57,843 nt of DNA, taken from the NCBI GenBank assembly GCA_045591565.1, contig JAZNTB010000080.1, forward strand, positions 1 to 57,843. Direction: 5' to 3'. Source of the DNA: Clostridia bacterium (GTDB lineage: Bacteria > Bacillota > Clostridia > UBA1381). The translations under genes and the position numbers were made by a program. Positions 19,902-30,202 of this stretch are shown here, piece after piece (the first letter of the stretch is position 1; every line of letters starts with the position of its first letter). The notes below the pieces were generated by a model that saw only the letters and a list, made by a program, of their open reading frames with translations, ran no database searches and was not told the DNA's origin.

Positions 19902-21017
19902 TTACCTCACATATTTTCTTATATTAGCAACCTCAGTCTTCAAAATTTCCACTACCTCGTCTGTGTCAAAATCCTCACCCGAGAAGCTGAATCTTATCGC
20001 ACCCTCGATTTCCGCTTTTTTACAGCCCATAGCCGTAAGCACATGGCTTGGCATCGGCTTATTCGAGGAACATGCAGAACCTGTTGAAACAAAAATCCCC
20101 TTTGCCTCCAAAGAATGAAGCAGAATTTCCGCCTTTATTCCCAAAAAGGAAACATTCAGTATATATCCCGAATTTTCTCCGGCTCCGTTTATCTTCACAT
20201 TATCTATATTTTCAAGAATTTTCCGCTTTAATTCTTCCCTTTTTCCTTCTGCCACCGGACAAAAGCCATCAATAGCTGCTCCAAATGCCGCAATTCCCAC
20301 AACATTTTCAGTTCCGGAGCGCATATTTTTTTGCTGACCTCCGCCGCATATAAGCGGATTTATGTTGATGCCGTCTGCAATGTAGAGCGCTCCCGTACCC
20401 TTTAATCCGTGTATTTTGTGTCCGCTTACCGACAGCATATCGATGCCCGACCTTTTCGGCTTTACATCAAGCTTTAAAAATCCCTGTACTCCGTCACAAT
20501 GAAGTGCCGCCTTTGGCGATTTTTTCCGCATAATGGATTTGAGGCTGTCAAACGGCTGTATAACGCCTGTTTCGTTGTTGACAAGCATTACACTTACTAA
20601 AATCGTATCCTCCCTTAATGCGTTTTCAAATTCATCAAGAGAAATCTTGCCGTCTGCATCAACGCCAAGATAGGTTACATCAAATCCATTCTTCTCTAAA
20701 ACACGAAACGGCTCCAAAACCGACGGATGCTCTATTTTTGTTGTGATAACATGCCCGCCCCGCTTTTTATTTGCAGCTGCATATCCTAAAATTGCCGTAT
20801 TGTTAGCTTCTGTACCGCCTGATGTAAAGTATATGTTTTTTGCATCAACACCGAGTACACGAGCCGTTTTCTCCCTTGCACCGGTTATTATTTTCTCGGC
20901 ATCAAGACCGAGCCTGTGAAGGCTTGACGGGTTTCCAAAGCTTTCCATTGCTGCGCATACAGCCGCCTTTACAGCCTCCGCCGGCATCGTTGTTGACGCA
21001 TTATCAAGATATATCAT
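19902..21017 (-). CDS. class V aminotransferase-fold cysteine desulfurase (NifS/IscS-like)
   Basis: PLP-lysine context SGHKIHG and catalytic Cys loop GSACSS. It is adjacent to thiI. Confidence 0.9.
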   Translation of the reverse strand: MIYLDNASTTMPAEAVKAAVCAAMESFGNPSSLHRLGLDAEKIITGAREKTARVLGVDAKNIYFTSGGTEANNTAILGYAAANKKRGGHVITTKIEHPSVLEPFRVLEKNGFDVTYLGVDADGKISLDEFENALREDTILVSVMLVNNETGVIQPFDSLKSIMRKKSPKAALHCDGVQGFLKLDVKPKRSGIDMLSVSGHKIHGLKGTGALYIADGININPLICGGGQQKNMRSGTENVVGIAAFGAAIDGFCPVAEGKREELKRKILENIDNVKINGAGENSGYILNVSFLGIKAEILLHSLEAKGIFVSTGSACSSNKPMPSHVLTAMGCKKAEIEGAIRFSFSGEDFDTDEVVEILKTEVANIRKYVR

Positions 21018-21018
21018 T

Positions 21019-21624
21019 TTAATCTCTGCTCCTTATAACAAAGGCCTTCCCCTTTTCTATTGTTATCCTGCATTCACTTTTTGTCATAACATTACTGACA
21101 CCAAGAGTTGTTGCACTTTTTATTATTCCGCTTTCAAGGATATAATCGAGTCCTTCGGTTGTCACTCCCTCTATATCCCCCTCAAAGGGTATAATCGAAA
21201 TGGTATCTCCAACCTCGCCGCAAAGCGTAATGCTTCCCTCGGCAAAGTAAATATCATTATTTGCGTCTATTATAACCGCATCTATGTCCTTCGTTTGCTT
21301 TAAAAGTGAAATATTAGCAAGGGTGTGGTCCATTCTGACACCGGTCATACCGAACAGAAGCACCTCCGAAAAGCCGTGCTCCATTGCATACAGCACTGAC
21401 AATTCTCCGTCTGTCATATTTTTTCTTGCAGGATAGACAAGCTTATTTCCGCAGGATACACCACTTTTTACCGAGTCCATGTCCCCAATTACAACATCGG
21501 GAGTTATTCCAAACACCTGTGCTCGGTCATATCCTGAGTCGGCACAGATGATAAAATCGTCGTCCTTTATATAATTCTTAATATACTCCCCGACCTGTCC
21601 GCCGCAGATTATGATTGCTCTCAT
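21019..21624 (-). CDS. thiN: thiamine diphosphokinase
   Basis: TPK catalytic and B1-binding domains (GDMDS motif). It sits in the conserved rsgA-rpe-thiN position. Confidence 0.85.
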   Translation of the reverse strand: MRAIIICGGQVGEYIKNYIKDDDFIICADSGYDRAQVFGITPDVVIGDMDSVKSGVSCGNKLVYPARKNMTDGELSVLYAMEHGFSEVLLFGMTGVRMDHTLANISLLKQTKDIDAVIIDANNDIYFAEGSITLCGEVGDTISIIPFEGDIEGVTTEGLDYILESGIIKSATTLGVSNVMTKSECRITIEKGKAFVIRSRD

Positions 21625-22259
21625 ACTTCCTCCAAAAGTCCCTTAACAGAAGCCGTTATGTCATCATTAAACACGGCCGAGCCTGCCACAATAACATTTG
21701 CCCCATGCTCCACAACCGATTTGATGTTCGATTTTTTAATTCCGCCGTCCACTTCGATTAGAAAATCCTCGCCGCAAAGTCTTCTTAGCTCACTTATTTT
21801 CAGGTTGACATCTTCAATATATGCCTGTCCGCCATACCCCGGATGAACACTCATTACAAGCACCATATCCACCTTGTCAAGATATGGCTTTATTCTATCC
21901 AACGGTGTTCCCGGATTCAGCGAAATTCCTGCTTTTTTACCAAGCGAGTGTATCAGGTCAATACATTCATCGCATTTTTCGGTTGCCTCAACATGAAATG
22001 TTATCATATCCGCACCGGCATCAGCAAAATTCTTTATATACCGTTCCGGCTCGGTTATCATAAGGTGAACATCAAAAAATAAGCTTGATTTATTCCTAAG
22101 GCTCTTATAAACACAGGTACCAAAGCTGATGTTTGGCACAAAAACGCCGTCCATTACATCTATATGAAGCCAAGGTACTCCTGCTCTTTCAATTTCCTCA
22201 ATCTGCTTTCCCAATACCGAAAAATCGGCCGAAAGCATTGAAGGTGACAGTATTATCAT
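21621..22259 (-). CDS. rpe: ribulose-phosphate 3-epimerase
   Basis: Typical Rpe sequence (SPSMLSADF, HIDVMDG, VMSVHPGYGGQ). Start at ATG 22257-22259, overlapping the rsgA stop (ATGA). Confidence 0.93.
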   Translation of the reverse strand: MIILSPSMLSADFSVLGKQIEEIERAGVPWLHIDVMDGVFVPNISFGTCVYKSLRNKSSLFFDVHLMITEPERYIKNFADAGADMITFHVEATEKCDECIDLIHSLGKKAGISLNPGTPLDRIKPYLDKVDMVLVMSVHPGYGGQAYIEDVNLKISELRRLCGEDFLIEVDGGIKKSNIKSVVEHGANVIVAGSAVFNDDITASVKGLLEEV

Positions 22260-23119
22260 TTTTCCCAATCCTTTACATTCTTTAGTTGATTATACAGTTC
22301 TTTATAGCTTTCATAGCGGCTCTTCGGGATTTCTCCCTCGCAAAGACGCTTTTTTATGGCACAGTCAGGCTCATTTATATGTGAGCAGGCGTTAAATCTG
22401 CAAAGTCCGCCAAAATCACGCATTTCGGGGAAATATTTATATAAATCAGCCGCCTTTATCCTGTTTACTTCAAACGAGCTGAAGCCGGGAGTATCCAACA
22501 CAAAGCCGCCCTCCGGAAGTTCCAAAAGCTCCACATGACGGGTTGTGTGTCTGCCCCTTTTAATTTTTTCAGAAACCGCGCCTGTTTGCTGGCAGGTGTC
22601 TGTGAGCAGGTTTAAAACACTTGATTTACCCACTCCCGAAAGCCCGGCAAAAGCAGAGGTTTTTCCCTTTATATATGGCATAAGCTCATCAAGTCCGACC
22701 TGATTTTCCGCACTTGCCAAAATTACATCATAGCCTGCTTTTTTATAAATTCTCTCAAGCTCCTCGCCTGACTTTACATCAGTCTTGTTGACAAGTATTA
22801 TTGGCTTTATGCCGCTTTCCTCGGCATTAACCAAAAGCTTGTCTATCAAAAATATATTCGGCTCAGGATCTGCCGCTGCAACAACGATAACTAAAATATC
22901 AATGTTCGCAACAGGCGGCCTTATAAGATAGGAGCGTCTGTCGCATATTTTATCAATACTTCCCTTTTCGCCATCAGTCGAAATCTCTACGATATCGCCT
23001 ATTGCCGGTTTTATATTTTCCTTCCGAAAAATCCCCCGTGCCTTACATTCATAAACTAAATTATCTGCGGCCTTTACATAGTAAAAGCCACCGATTCCTT
23101 TAATAATTGTTCCCTTCAT
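22256..23119 (-). CDS. rsgA: ribosome small-subunit-dependent GTPase A
   Basis: Circularly permuted GTPase (NKTD ... GLSGVGKSS) with a C-terminal Zn cluster (CRFNACSHINEPDC). Start at ATG 23117-23119, just after the prkC stop. Confidence 0.92.
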   Translation of the reverse strand: MKGTIIKGIGGFYYVKAADNLVYECKARGIFRKENIKPAIGDIVEISTDGEKGSIDKICDRRSYLIRPPVANIDILVIVVAAADPEPNIFLIDKLLVNAEESGIKPIILVNKTDVKSGEELERIYKKAGYDVILASAENQVGLDELMPYIKGKTSAFAGLSGVGKSSVLNLLTDTCQQTGAVSEKIKRGRHTTRHVELLELPEGGFVLDTPGFSSFEVNRIKAADLYKYFPEMRDFGGLCRFNACSHINEPDCAIKKRLCEGEIPKSRYESYKELYNQLKNVKDWEK

Positions 23120-23120
23120 A

Positions 23121-25022
23121 TCAGTCAAATGCAATCACTCTGTCTACTACAAGCTTTCCGTCGATATATGCCTGTACGCTCGCATCCTTCGAGGACTGCA
23201 CCGGTATATCAACTGTTACTTCGGACTTCTGGTGTGTTTTGTCATATATCGTCTTTCCGTTTGCTACAACCTTGATGTGAACGGTTTCATTTGCATCATC
23301 CGGAATCGTGATGGTAAGGGTTTTGCGTGTCATAGCCGGTGTTGGTGAAGGAGTTTCTACAGGTGCGGCAACGCTTACCACTATGTCCACCTTTGAGCCT
23401 TTTTCTACTCCTGTTTTTGCAGCAGGGGTCTGAGCTATGACAGTTCCTTCCTTGGATGTGCTTTCCTTTGTATCAACTGCGCCTACCGAAAGCCCTGCTT
23501 TTTCAATCGCCGCACGGGCTTCAGCTTCTGTCAGTCCCGTAACCTTAGGCACAACAGCCTGTGCATTCGGGTCCTCAACATCGGCACTCACATACACCGT
23601 AATCTTATCGCCCTTTGATGCCTTATCTCCACTCTTTGGTGACTGCTTTATTACATATCCGAGTGCAATTTCCTCGTGGAATTCTTCCACCTTAACACAT
23701 TCAAAGCCCATACTGAGAATTCTTTTTTCCGCTTCCTCGAATTTGAGATTTTCAACATCCGGAACCTTAATTTCGCCATCCTCCGGACCGGAGCTTACAG
23801 TAACCTTAATCTTTCTGTTCTTCTTCACATACTGATTAAAGCCCGGCTCCTGTTTTATGATGAGGCCTTCCTCTACTTCATCTGACGGTTCAAATTCAAT
23901 GTTTTCGTTAAGACGAAGCTCTGCATCTTTGAGTATCTTTTCAGCCTCTTCAACAGTCAGGTTGATAACCTCCGGAACCTGATATTCCTTTGTTCCTCCG
24001 CCAAATACGAAATATGTTAAAAGTCCTAATACGGCTGCCAGAGCTACTGCTGCGGCTGCTATTTTTTTATATCCGGCCTGTTCCTTCTTTGCAGAGCCTG
24101 CGCCTCTTCTTGATGTGTATTCCTCCTTTGTCAGCTTATCATCAAGACGCCTTGTTTCAAATCTGCCTTCGGCATCTCCCTGATACTGTGAGGTTATTCC
24201 CACCGCTGCCTCAAGGTCGCTCACCATTCCCGCTGCCGACTGATACCTTGAATGCTGTTCTTTAGAGATTGCTTTCATTGCAATATCGGCAACCTTATCC
24301 GGAACATACGGATTTATTATTCTAAGGTCCTTAGGGTCCTTTTCCAGCTTGGCAAGAGCTACCGAAACAGGGTTCGCACCATCAAAAGGCACTTCTCCTG
24401 TCAGCATTTCATAAAGCACTATGCCCAATGAATATATATCGCTGCGTTCATTTGTAAATCCGCCGCGTGCCTGTTCCGGTGAAATATAATGTACAGAACC
24501 CATTCCACCGCTTGTTGCAACTAAGGTTTCGCTGCTTGTCGCCTGCGCAATACCAAAGTCTGCAACCTTTATACTGCCATCTCTGCCCATAAGTACATTG
24601 TGCGGCTTGATATCACGATGAACTATACCGTTTGTATGCGCACAATCAAGCGCTCTTCCTATCTTAGCCGCAATATCGCAGGCTTCTTCCGCAGACAGCT
24701 TACCATTTTTGCGTATATATTCCTTTAGCGTAATGCCATCCACATATTCCATTACTATGTAATCAAGGTCGCTTCCTTCGCCCACATCATACACCTGTAC
24801 AATGTTCGGATGCGAAAGTCTGGCTGCCGCTCTTGATTCGGTATTGAACTTCTTAACAACATCTGTGTCATACTTCAAAGAATCCTTTAACACCTTAAGG
24901 GCAACATATCTGTTGAGGACATGGCACTTTGCCTTGTAAACGGTTGCCATACCGCCCGTTCCTATTTTTTTTACAACCTCGTAACGGTTATCAATAACCT
25001 TTCCAACTAAATAGTCATTCAT
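23121..25022 (-). CDS. prkC: Ser/Thr protein kinase PrkC with three PASTA repeats
   Basis: Hanks kinase motifs (HRDIKPHN, DFG, SPE), a TM segment, three PASTA units and a C-terminal Ig-like domain. Start at ATG 25020-25022, preceded by AAAGGAG. Confidence 0.93.
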   Translation of the reverse strand: MNDYLVGKVIDNRYEVVKKIGTGGMATVYKAKCHVLNRYVALKVLKDSLKYDTDVVKKFNTESRAAARLSHPNIVQVYDVGEGSDLDYIVMEYVDGITLKEYIRKNGKLSAEEACDIAAKIGRALDCAHTNGIVHRDIKPHNVLMGRDGSIKVADFGIAQATSSETLVATSGGMGSVHYISPEQARGGFTNERSDIYSLGIVLYEMLTGEVPFDGANPVSVALAKLEKDPKDLRIINPYVPDKVADIAMKAISKEQHSRYQSAAGMVSDLEAAVGITSQYQGDAEGRFETRRLDDKLTKEEYTSRRGAGSAKKEQAGYKKIAAAAVALAAVLGLLTYFVFGGGTKEYQVPEVINLTVEEAEKILKDAELRLNENIEFEPSDEVEEGLIIKQEPGFNQYVKKNRKIKVTVSSGPEDGEIKVPDVENLKFEEAEKRILSMGFECVKVEEFHEEIALGYVIKQSPKSGDKASKGDKITVYVSADVEDPNAQAVVPKVTGLTEAEARAAIEKAGLSVGAVDTKESTSKEGTVIAQTPAAKTGVEKGSKVDIVVSVAAPVETPSPTPAMTRKTLTITIPDDANETVHIKVVANGKTIYDKTHQKSEVTVDIPVQSSKDASVQAYIDGKLVVDRVIAFD

Positions 25023-25039
25023 AAGAAAGCTCCTTTCAA

Positions 25040-25765
25040 TCATATATCAAATGCAAGACAGGTTATATTGTCCATACCGCCCTTTTTATTGGCAAGCGCC
25101 ACAAGCGCTGACACACCCTCCTGCAGGTCTTCGTTTTCGTTTATTATACTCATTATCTGTTCATCGCTGACCAGATTGGTGAGCCCATCTGAGCAGATAA
25201 CTATGGTCTCTCCATTATAAATCTGCGTGCTGACATCCACCTTGATGGAGCCTTCCGTTCCTATTGCCCTTGTTATATAGTTTTTACCCGGATGATTTTT
25301 TGCATCAAGGTCGGAAATCTTGCCGCGCTTTATAAGTTCCTGAACATAAGAATGGTCGGTCGTGACCTGACTTATCCCGTCCTGCGTCACTGTATACACA
25401 CGGCTGTCCCCGACATGAAGCACAACAAGCATCCCTTTGTATATAAATGCCATTGACGCCGTCGTTCCCATACCGGAGGTTTCCTCGTGATGCTGTGCGT
25501 ATTCGAATATTTCGCTGTTTGCCTCGATAACCGCACGCCGAATCATCTCGGCAAGCTCCGCATAGTCCATATCGGGACTGAACTTTCGAATGATATGGTC
25601 CTTTATAATCATTGTGGTCATTTTACTTGCGACCTCACCGGCCTTATAGCCGCCCATGCCGTCAGCAACCATTCCCCCGATAAGATTTTCGTTTCTGTAC
25701 GAAAAATAACTGTCTTCATTAACCTTTCGCACTCTTCCCACATCGGAATGTGCCCCCATTCTCAT
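25040..25765 (-). CDS. prpC: PP2C-family Ser/Thr phosphatase (Stp/PrpC)
   Basis: PP2C motifs (VADGMGG, LCSDGL, GGMDNIT), upstream of prkC. Confidence 0.92.
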   Translation of the reverse strand: MRMGAHSDVGRVRKVNEDSYFSYRNENLIGGMVADGMGGYKAGEVASKMTTMIIKDHIIRKFSPDMDYAELAEMIRRAVIEANSEIFEYAQHHEETSGMGTTASMAFIYKGMLVVLHVGDSRVYTVTQDGISQVTTDHSYVQELIKRGKISDLDAKNHPGKNYITRAIGTEGSIKVDVSTQIYNGETIVICSDGLTNLVSDEQIMSIINENEDLQEGVSALVALANKKGGMDNITCLAFDI

Positions 25766-25794
25766 AAAATCACCCCTTTTTGAAAGAAATTTGC

Positions 25795-26814
25795 TTACAA
25801 AAGCTTTTTCCTCAGCTGTCCGCAGGATGCCTGAATATCGCTTCCAAGCTCTCTGCGTACGGTTGCATTTATGCCAAGCCCTGAAAGCCTGTCACAAAAC
25901 GCCTTGATTTGCTTTTTATCTCCCTTTATATATTCCCGCTCCTCAATCTTATTTACGGGTATTAAGTTTACATGAGCAAGCATACCCTTTAAAAGCCTTG
26001 CAAGCTCCTCTGCATTTTCAACCGAATCATTAACTCCCGATATCAGGGAATATTCAAAGCTTATTCTGCGCGTTGTCGTCTTTATATAGTCCTTGCACGC
26101 CACAATGAGCTGCTCTACCGGATACTTCTTATTGACCGGCATTATGCTGTTTCTTATCTCGTTATTCGGTGCATGAAGCGAAACCGAAAGCGTAATCGGC
26201 AGATTTTTCTCTGCCAGCTCGTATATTTTCGGCACAATCCCGCAGGTTGAAAGCGAAATATGCCGGTATCCTATATTTACTCCGTCGGGATGGTTGACAT
26301 TGTGAAGAAATTTCACAACATTATCAAAATTATCAAGCGGTTCGCCTATCCCCATCATCACGATATTGCTTATGCGCTCGCCTATATCCTTCTGCGCAAA
26401 TATGACCTGATTTAATATTTCGCCCGCTGTAAGGCTACGGTAAAGTCCGCCTATCGTGGATGCACAAAAGTTACAGCCCATTCTGCACCCAACCTGAGAG
26501 GATATGCAGATTGAAATGCCGTGCTTATAATACATAATCACGCTCTCTATACAGTTTCCGTCAGGAAGTTCAAAGAGATATTTTGTGGTTTTGTCGATTT
26601 TGGATACATATTTTTCGCGTATTTTTAATGTGGAAACAAAACATTCCTCCGAAAGCCTTGTGCGTGTAGCTTTTGAAAGGTTTGTCATTTCGTCAAAGCT
26701 TTCTACGCCCTTGTGAAGCCACGAAAAAATCTGTTTTGCACGGAATTTCGGCTCACCTATGCCTTTTAAGTATTCACAAAGCTCATCAAATTCAAAATCC
26801 TTTAAATCAATCAT
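25795..26814 (-). CDS. rlmN: 23S rRNA (adenine2503-C2)-methyltransferase, radical SAM
   Basis: CxxxCxxC cluster (GCRMGCNFC) and a family-typical C-terminus. Confidence 0.93.
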   Translation of the reverse strand: MIDLKDFEFDELCEYLKGIGEPKFRAKQIFSWLHKGVESFDEMTNLSKATRTRLSEECFVSTLKIREKYVSKIDKTTKYLFELPDGNCIESVIMYYKHGISICISSQVGCRMGCNFCASTIGGLYRSLTAGEILNQVIFAQKDIGERISNIVMMGIGEPLDNFDNVVKFLHNVNHPDGVNIGYRHISLSTCGIVPKIYELAEKNLPITLSVSLHAPNNEIRNSIMPVNKKYPVEQLIVACKDYIKTTTRRISFEYSLISGVNDSVENAEELARLLKGMLAHVNLIPVNKIEEREYIKGDKKQIKAFCDRLSGLGINATVRRELGSDIQASCGQLRKKLL

Positions 26815-28091
26815 CGGTTCACCCTTTTTATCTTGGAAATAAAAAATCCGTCAGTACCATCAATATTCGGATAGAGCGTTATATATCCGCTGTTTTCCCT
26901 CATAAGCGGTCCCGGAAGCTCTATTTTTGTAAATTCAAAATCCGGATGCTTTTTTACAAACTCGCATACAACGCCTTCATTTTCCTCTTTTACGAGGGTG
27001 CAGGTGGAATATACAAGCTCGCCGCCCGGCTTTAAGTAGCTTGCAGCGTTTTCAAGTATCTTCATCTGAAGCTTCGGAAGACTTGAAATATCTTCCTTAT
27101 TCCATTTAATATCCGGCTTTCTGCGGATTATGCCCAGTCCTGAGCACGGAACATCCGCAAGCACCTTATCCGCCTTGCCGCAAAGCTCCTCACGCCTGAT
27201 GGTTGCATCTGCGCACTCAGCACTTATAATTGAGAGTCCCATACGCTCCGCATTTTTGTTTATGATGTCCACCTTATGCGGATGAATATCAAACGCCATA
27301 ATGCGTCCCTTATTTCCCATAAGCTCGGCTAAATGCGTTGTTTTTCCGCCGGGGGATGCACACATATCAATGCATAGTTCATCCGGTCTCGGACAAAGTG
27401 CTTCACTTGCCATCATAGCTGCAACATCCTGTGCGATAAACTTTCCGTCTTTATATTCTGCAAGGCTTGCCAAATCTGTTCTTGCGATATACCTTGCATA
27501 CTCATAAAGAGTACACTCCTCAGCTTTTATATCTAAGAGTCCGTCACATTTCAAGCGGTTTAATCTGATAGTAGTGCGCGGTTCTTTATTTAAGCTCTCT
27601 AAAAGCTCCTCGCAAAAATCAAACCGCTCAAAATATTTCACCATTTCTTCCGGAAAAGAATATTTCACCGAAAGAAACGCCGTTCTTTCCTTTGGATACT
27701 CCAGTGTCTTCCTTCCCCTTATTACCGAGTGCAGTATTCCGTTTACAAACCCCGAGGATTTTGCGCAGTATTTTTTTGCAAGCCTTACACTCTCGTTTAC
27801 CGCCGCAGATTCGGGGATTTTATCGGTAAAATACAGCTGATACACTCCAAGCCTCAGAATTAAAAGCACATATTTGGAAAGCTTTTTGATTTTCACCCTT
27901 GAGTATTTTGAAATTATATAATCAAGGGTAAGCTTTCGTCTTATAACGCCGTAAACAAGCTGCGAAACAAACGCCCTGTTGCGGCTGTCCATATCCCCTC
28001 TGAGCGCAGATTTTAACGCCATATTGGAATATGCGTTTTCATATTCAATTTCGTAAAGCGTCAGAAGCGCCGTTTCTCTTGGGTTTATCAT
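26811..28091 (-). CDS. rsmB: 16S rRNA (cytosine967-C5)-methyltransferase
   Basis: NusB-like N-terminus plus a SAM methyltransferase domain (DMCASPGGKT, PCSGLG, YSTCT). Confidence 0.92.
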   Translation of the reverse strand: MINPRETALLTLYEIEYENAYSNMALKSALRGDMDSRNRAFVSQLVYGVIRRKLTLDYIISKYSRVKIKKLSKYVLLILRLGVYQLYFTDKIPESAAVNESVRLAKKYCAKSSGFVNGILHSVIRGRKTLEYPKERTAFLSVKYSFPEEMVKYFERFDFCEELLESLNKEPRTTIRLNRLKCDGLLDIKAEECTLYEYARYIARTDLASLAEYKDGKFIAQDVAAMMASEALCPRPDELCIDMCASPGGKTTHLAELMGNKGRIMAFDIHPHKVDIINKNAERMGLSIISAECADATIRREELCGKADKVLADVPCSGLGIIRRKPDIKWNKEDISSLPKLQMKILENAASYLKPGGELVYSTCTLVKEENEGVVCEFVKKHPDFEFTKIELPGPLMRENSGYITLYPNIDGTDGFFISKIKRVNR

Positions 28092-28095
28092 AGTT

Positions 28096-28782
28096 TTAAT
28101 CTCTGTTTCGTGAGTTATTTAAAAGTACAAGTCTTAAAAGCTGAAGCGCTGATGCAAGTACTGCCGCAACATATGTCATCGCAGCTGCTCTCAGCACCTT
28201 TTTTGCTCCCTTTAGCTCCTGTTCATCAAGCATCATGGATGAATCCAGAATTTTAATAGCCCTGCGACTTGCATCAAACTCCACAGGAAGTGTTATAAGC
28301 TGAAAAACCAACGCTCCGCTAAAGAGTATGATTCCCAGATTTGCAAGACCTGCCGCTCCCATAATGAGTCCTAAGATGAACAGCGGCATCGAAAGTCTTG
28401 AACAGATATTCACCGCCGGAACGATTGCATTCCTGAGCCTTATTGGTGCATAGCCGGTGGCGTGCTGAACTGCATGACCTGCTTCGTGTGCCGCAACACC
28501 AATTGCCGCAACCGAGTCGGATGCGTATGTTGAATCGGAAAGGCGTATCACATTTGCTGTAGGGTCATAATGGTCGGAAAGATTTCCGCCGATATGCTCA
28601 ATTCTTATATTATAAAGTCCGTTATCATCTAAAATTTTTCTTGCCGCATCAGCACCCGTATAGTGTCTGTAGCTTTTTACATCAGAATATTTGCGGAATG
28701 CACTCTGCACACCAAAGGATGCAAAGGACGCAAGTAAAAATCCCAATATAACAAGCATATATGTCGAATCATAAAAAAACAT
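28096..28782 (-). CDS. membrane zinc metallopeptidase (YugP / Zn_peptidase_2 family)
   Basis: HEAGHAVQH zinc motif flanked by TM segments. Confidence 0.8.
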   Translation of the reverse strand: MFFYDSTYMLVILGFLLASFASFGVQSAFRKYSDVKSYRHYTGADAARKILDDNGLYNIRIEHIGGNLSDHYDPTANVIRLSDSTYASDSVAAIGVAAHEAGHAVQHATGYAPIRLRNAIVPAVNICSRLSMPLFILGLIMGAAGLANLGIILFSGALVFQLITLPVEFDASRRAIKILDSSMMLDEQELKGAKKVLRAAAMTYVAAVLASALQLLRLVLLNNSRNRD

Positions 28783-28792
28783 TTTTTCTACC

Positions 28793-29716
28793 TCATTCCA
28801 AAACTGTTCCGTATTCTATTTCGTGACCTCTCAGATACTCATCAATACCCATACGCTTGCTGCCTGCAAACTGGGCACAAAGGATATATATTGAGCCGTC
28901 GGATGTTTTTACCCTCAGCCCCTTATCCTTTTCATAGCCTACTATCTCGCCAGGCTTTCCGCTGCACGCTTCGCCTTTTCGGGCAGTTATTATCTTCATA
29001 ACCTCACCCTTATAAAGACTGTATGCCATCGGCCAGCTGTTCATTCCGCAAATGAGCTTTGATATCTCGGCAGTAGTTTTTGACCAGTCGATATGCGCCA
29101 TTTCCTTCGAAAGCATCGGTGCATAGGTGTGTTTTTCATGCTCCTGCGGAGTAGGCGTTATATTTTCAATCTCATTTATGGTTTTTACCAAAAGCTCGCT
29201 TCCTGCCTTTGCTACACGCTCAAACAGCTCCTCCGCCGTTTCATATTCGCCGATTGTAAGCTCCTGACAAAGCAGCATATCTCCAGTATCAAGCCCCTCA
29301 TCCATCAGCATGGTTGTTACACCGGTTTTTTCTTCGCCGTTTATAACCGCCCACTGAACAGGCGCTGCACCACGAAGCTTCGGCAGAAGCGATGCGTGCA
29401 TATTAATGCATCCGTATTTCGGGTAGTCTATGATATATTTCGGCAGGATTTTGCCGTATGCCACAACCGCAATAATATCGGGTTTAAGGCTTTCCAGAAT
29501 TTCTCGAAGCTCACCGTTTTTAAGACTCTCCGGCTGAAAGACCGGGATTCCTGCTTCCTCTGCCGCAACCTTTACATCGGTAGGCATCAGTTTATGCCCT
29601 CTGCCGCGCGGTTTATCAGGCTGACTCACCGCTCCGACAACGCACATTCCTGCGCCTATTAAAGCTCTCAGGCACTTTGCCGCAATATCCGGCGTTCCCA
29701 TAAATAAAATTCTCAT
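28793..29716 (-). CDS. fmt: methionyl-tRNA formyltransferase
   Basis: Formyltransferase N- and C-domains (INMHASLLPKLRGAAP). Confidence 0.95.
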   Translation of the reverse strand: MRILFMGTPDIAAKCLRALIGAGMCVVGAVSQPDKPRGRGHKLMPTDVKVAAEEAGIPVFQPESLKNGELREILESLKPDIIAVVAYGKILPKYIIDYPKYGCINMHASLLPKLRGAAPVQWAVINGEEKTGVTTMLMDEGLDTGDMLLCQELTIGEYETAEELFERVAKAGSELLVKTINEIENITPTPQEHEKHTYAPMLSKEMAHIDWSKTTAEISKLICGMNSWPMAYSLYKGEVMKIITARKGEACSGKPGEIVGYEKDKGLRVKTSDGSIYILCAQFAGSKRMGIDEYLRGHEIEYGTVLE

Positions 29717-29718
29717 AA

Positions 29719-30171
29719 TTAATTTTCCTCAAATCTTATTACCTTATCCAAAAACAAATTGCCGTCTAAATGGTCAATTTCATGGCATAACGCTCTTGCA
29801 AGCAGTTCCTCGCCGGTGATTTCAATTTTTTTGCCGTTTCTGTCAAAAGCCTCGACAGTAACCTTCATCGGCCGTTCTACATCTCCCCAGACTCCAGGTA
29901 CACTAAGGCAACCCTCCTGTCCGATTTGTGAGCCTTCGCTTTTTACTATTTTAGGGTTCACAAGCTCTATCTTGCCGTCACCGATATCAATAACGGCAGC
30001 GCGTTTTAAAATGCCTACCTGCGGTGCTGCAAGTCCCACGCCGTCGCTTTTTTGCATGGTTTCATACATATCGTCAAGCAAAATGGCAAGTCTTTTATCG
30101 AAAACCGTCACTTCTTTACAAACCTTGTATAGAACCTCATCACCCTTTTTCCTTATTTCTCTTAATCCCAT
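29719..30171 (-). CDS. def: peptide deformylase
   Basis: Motifs [13 protein letters not shown] and HEIDH. Start trimmed to ATG 30169-30171, preceded by AAAGGA. Confidence 0.94.
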   Translation of the reverse strand: MGLREIRKKGDEVLYKVCKEVTVFDKRLAILLDDMYETMQKSDGVGLAAPQVGILKRAAVIDIGDGKIELVNPKIVKSEGSQIGQEGCLSVPGVWGDVERPMKVTVEAFDRNGKKIEITGEELLARALCHEIDHLDGNLFLDKVIRFEEN

Positions 30172-30202
30172 TTTTGTGTCCTTTCTCATAAACTCATAGG
30201 GT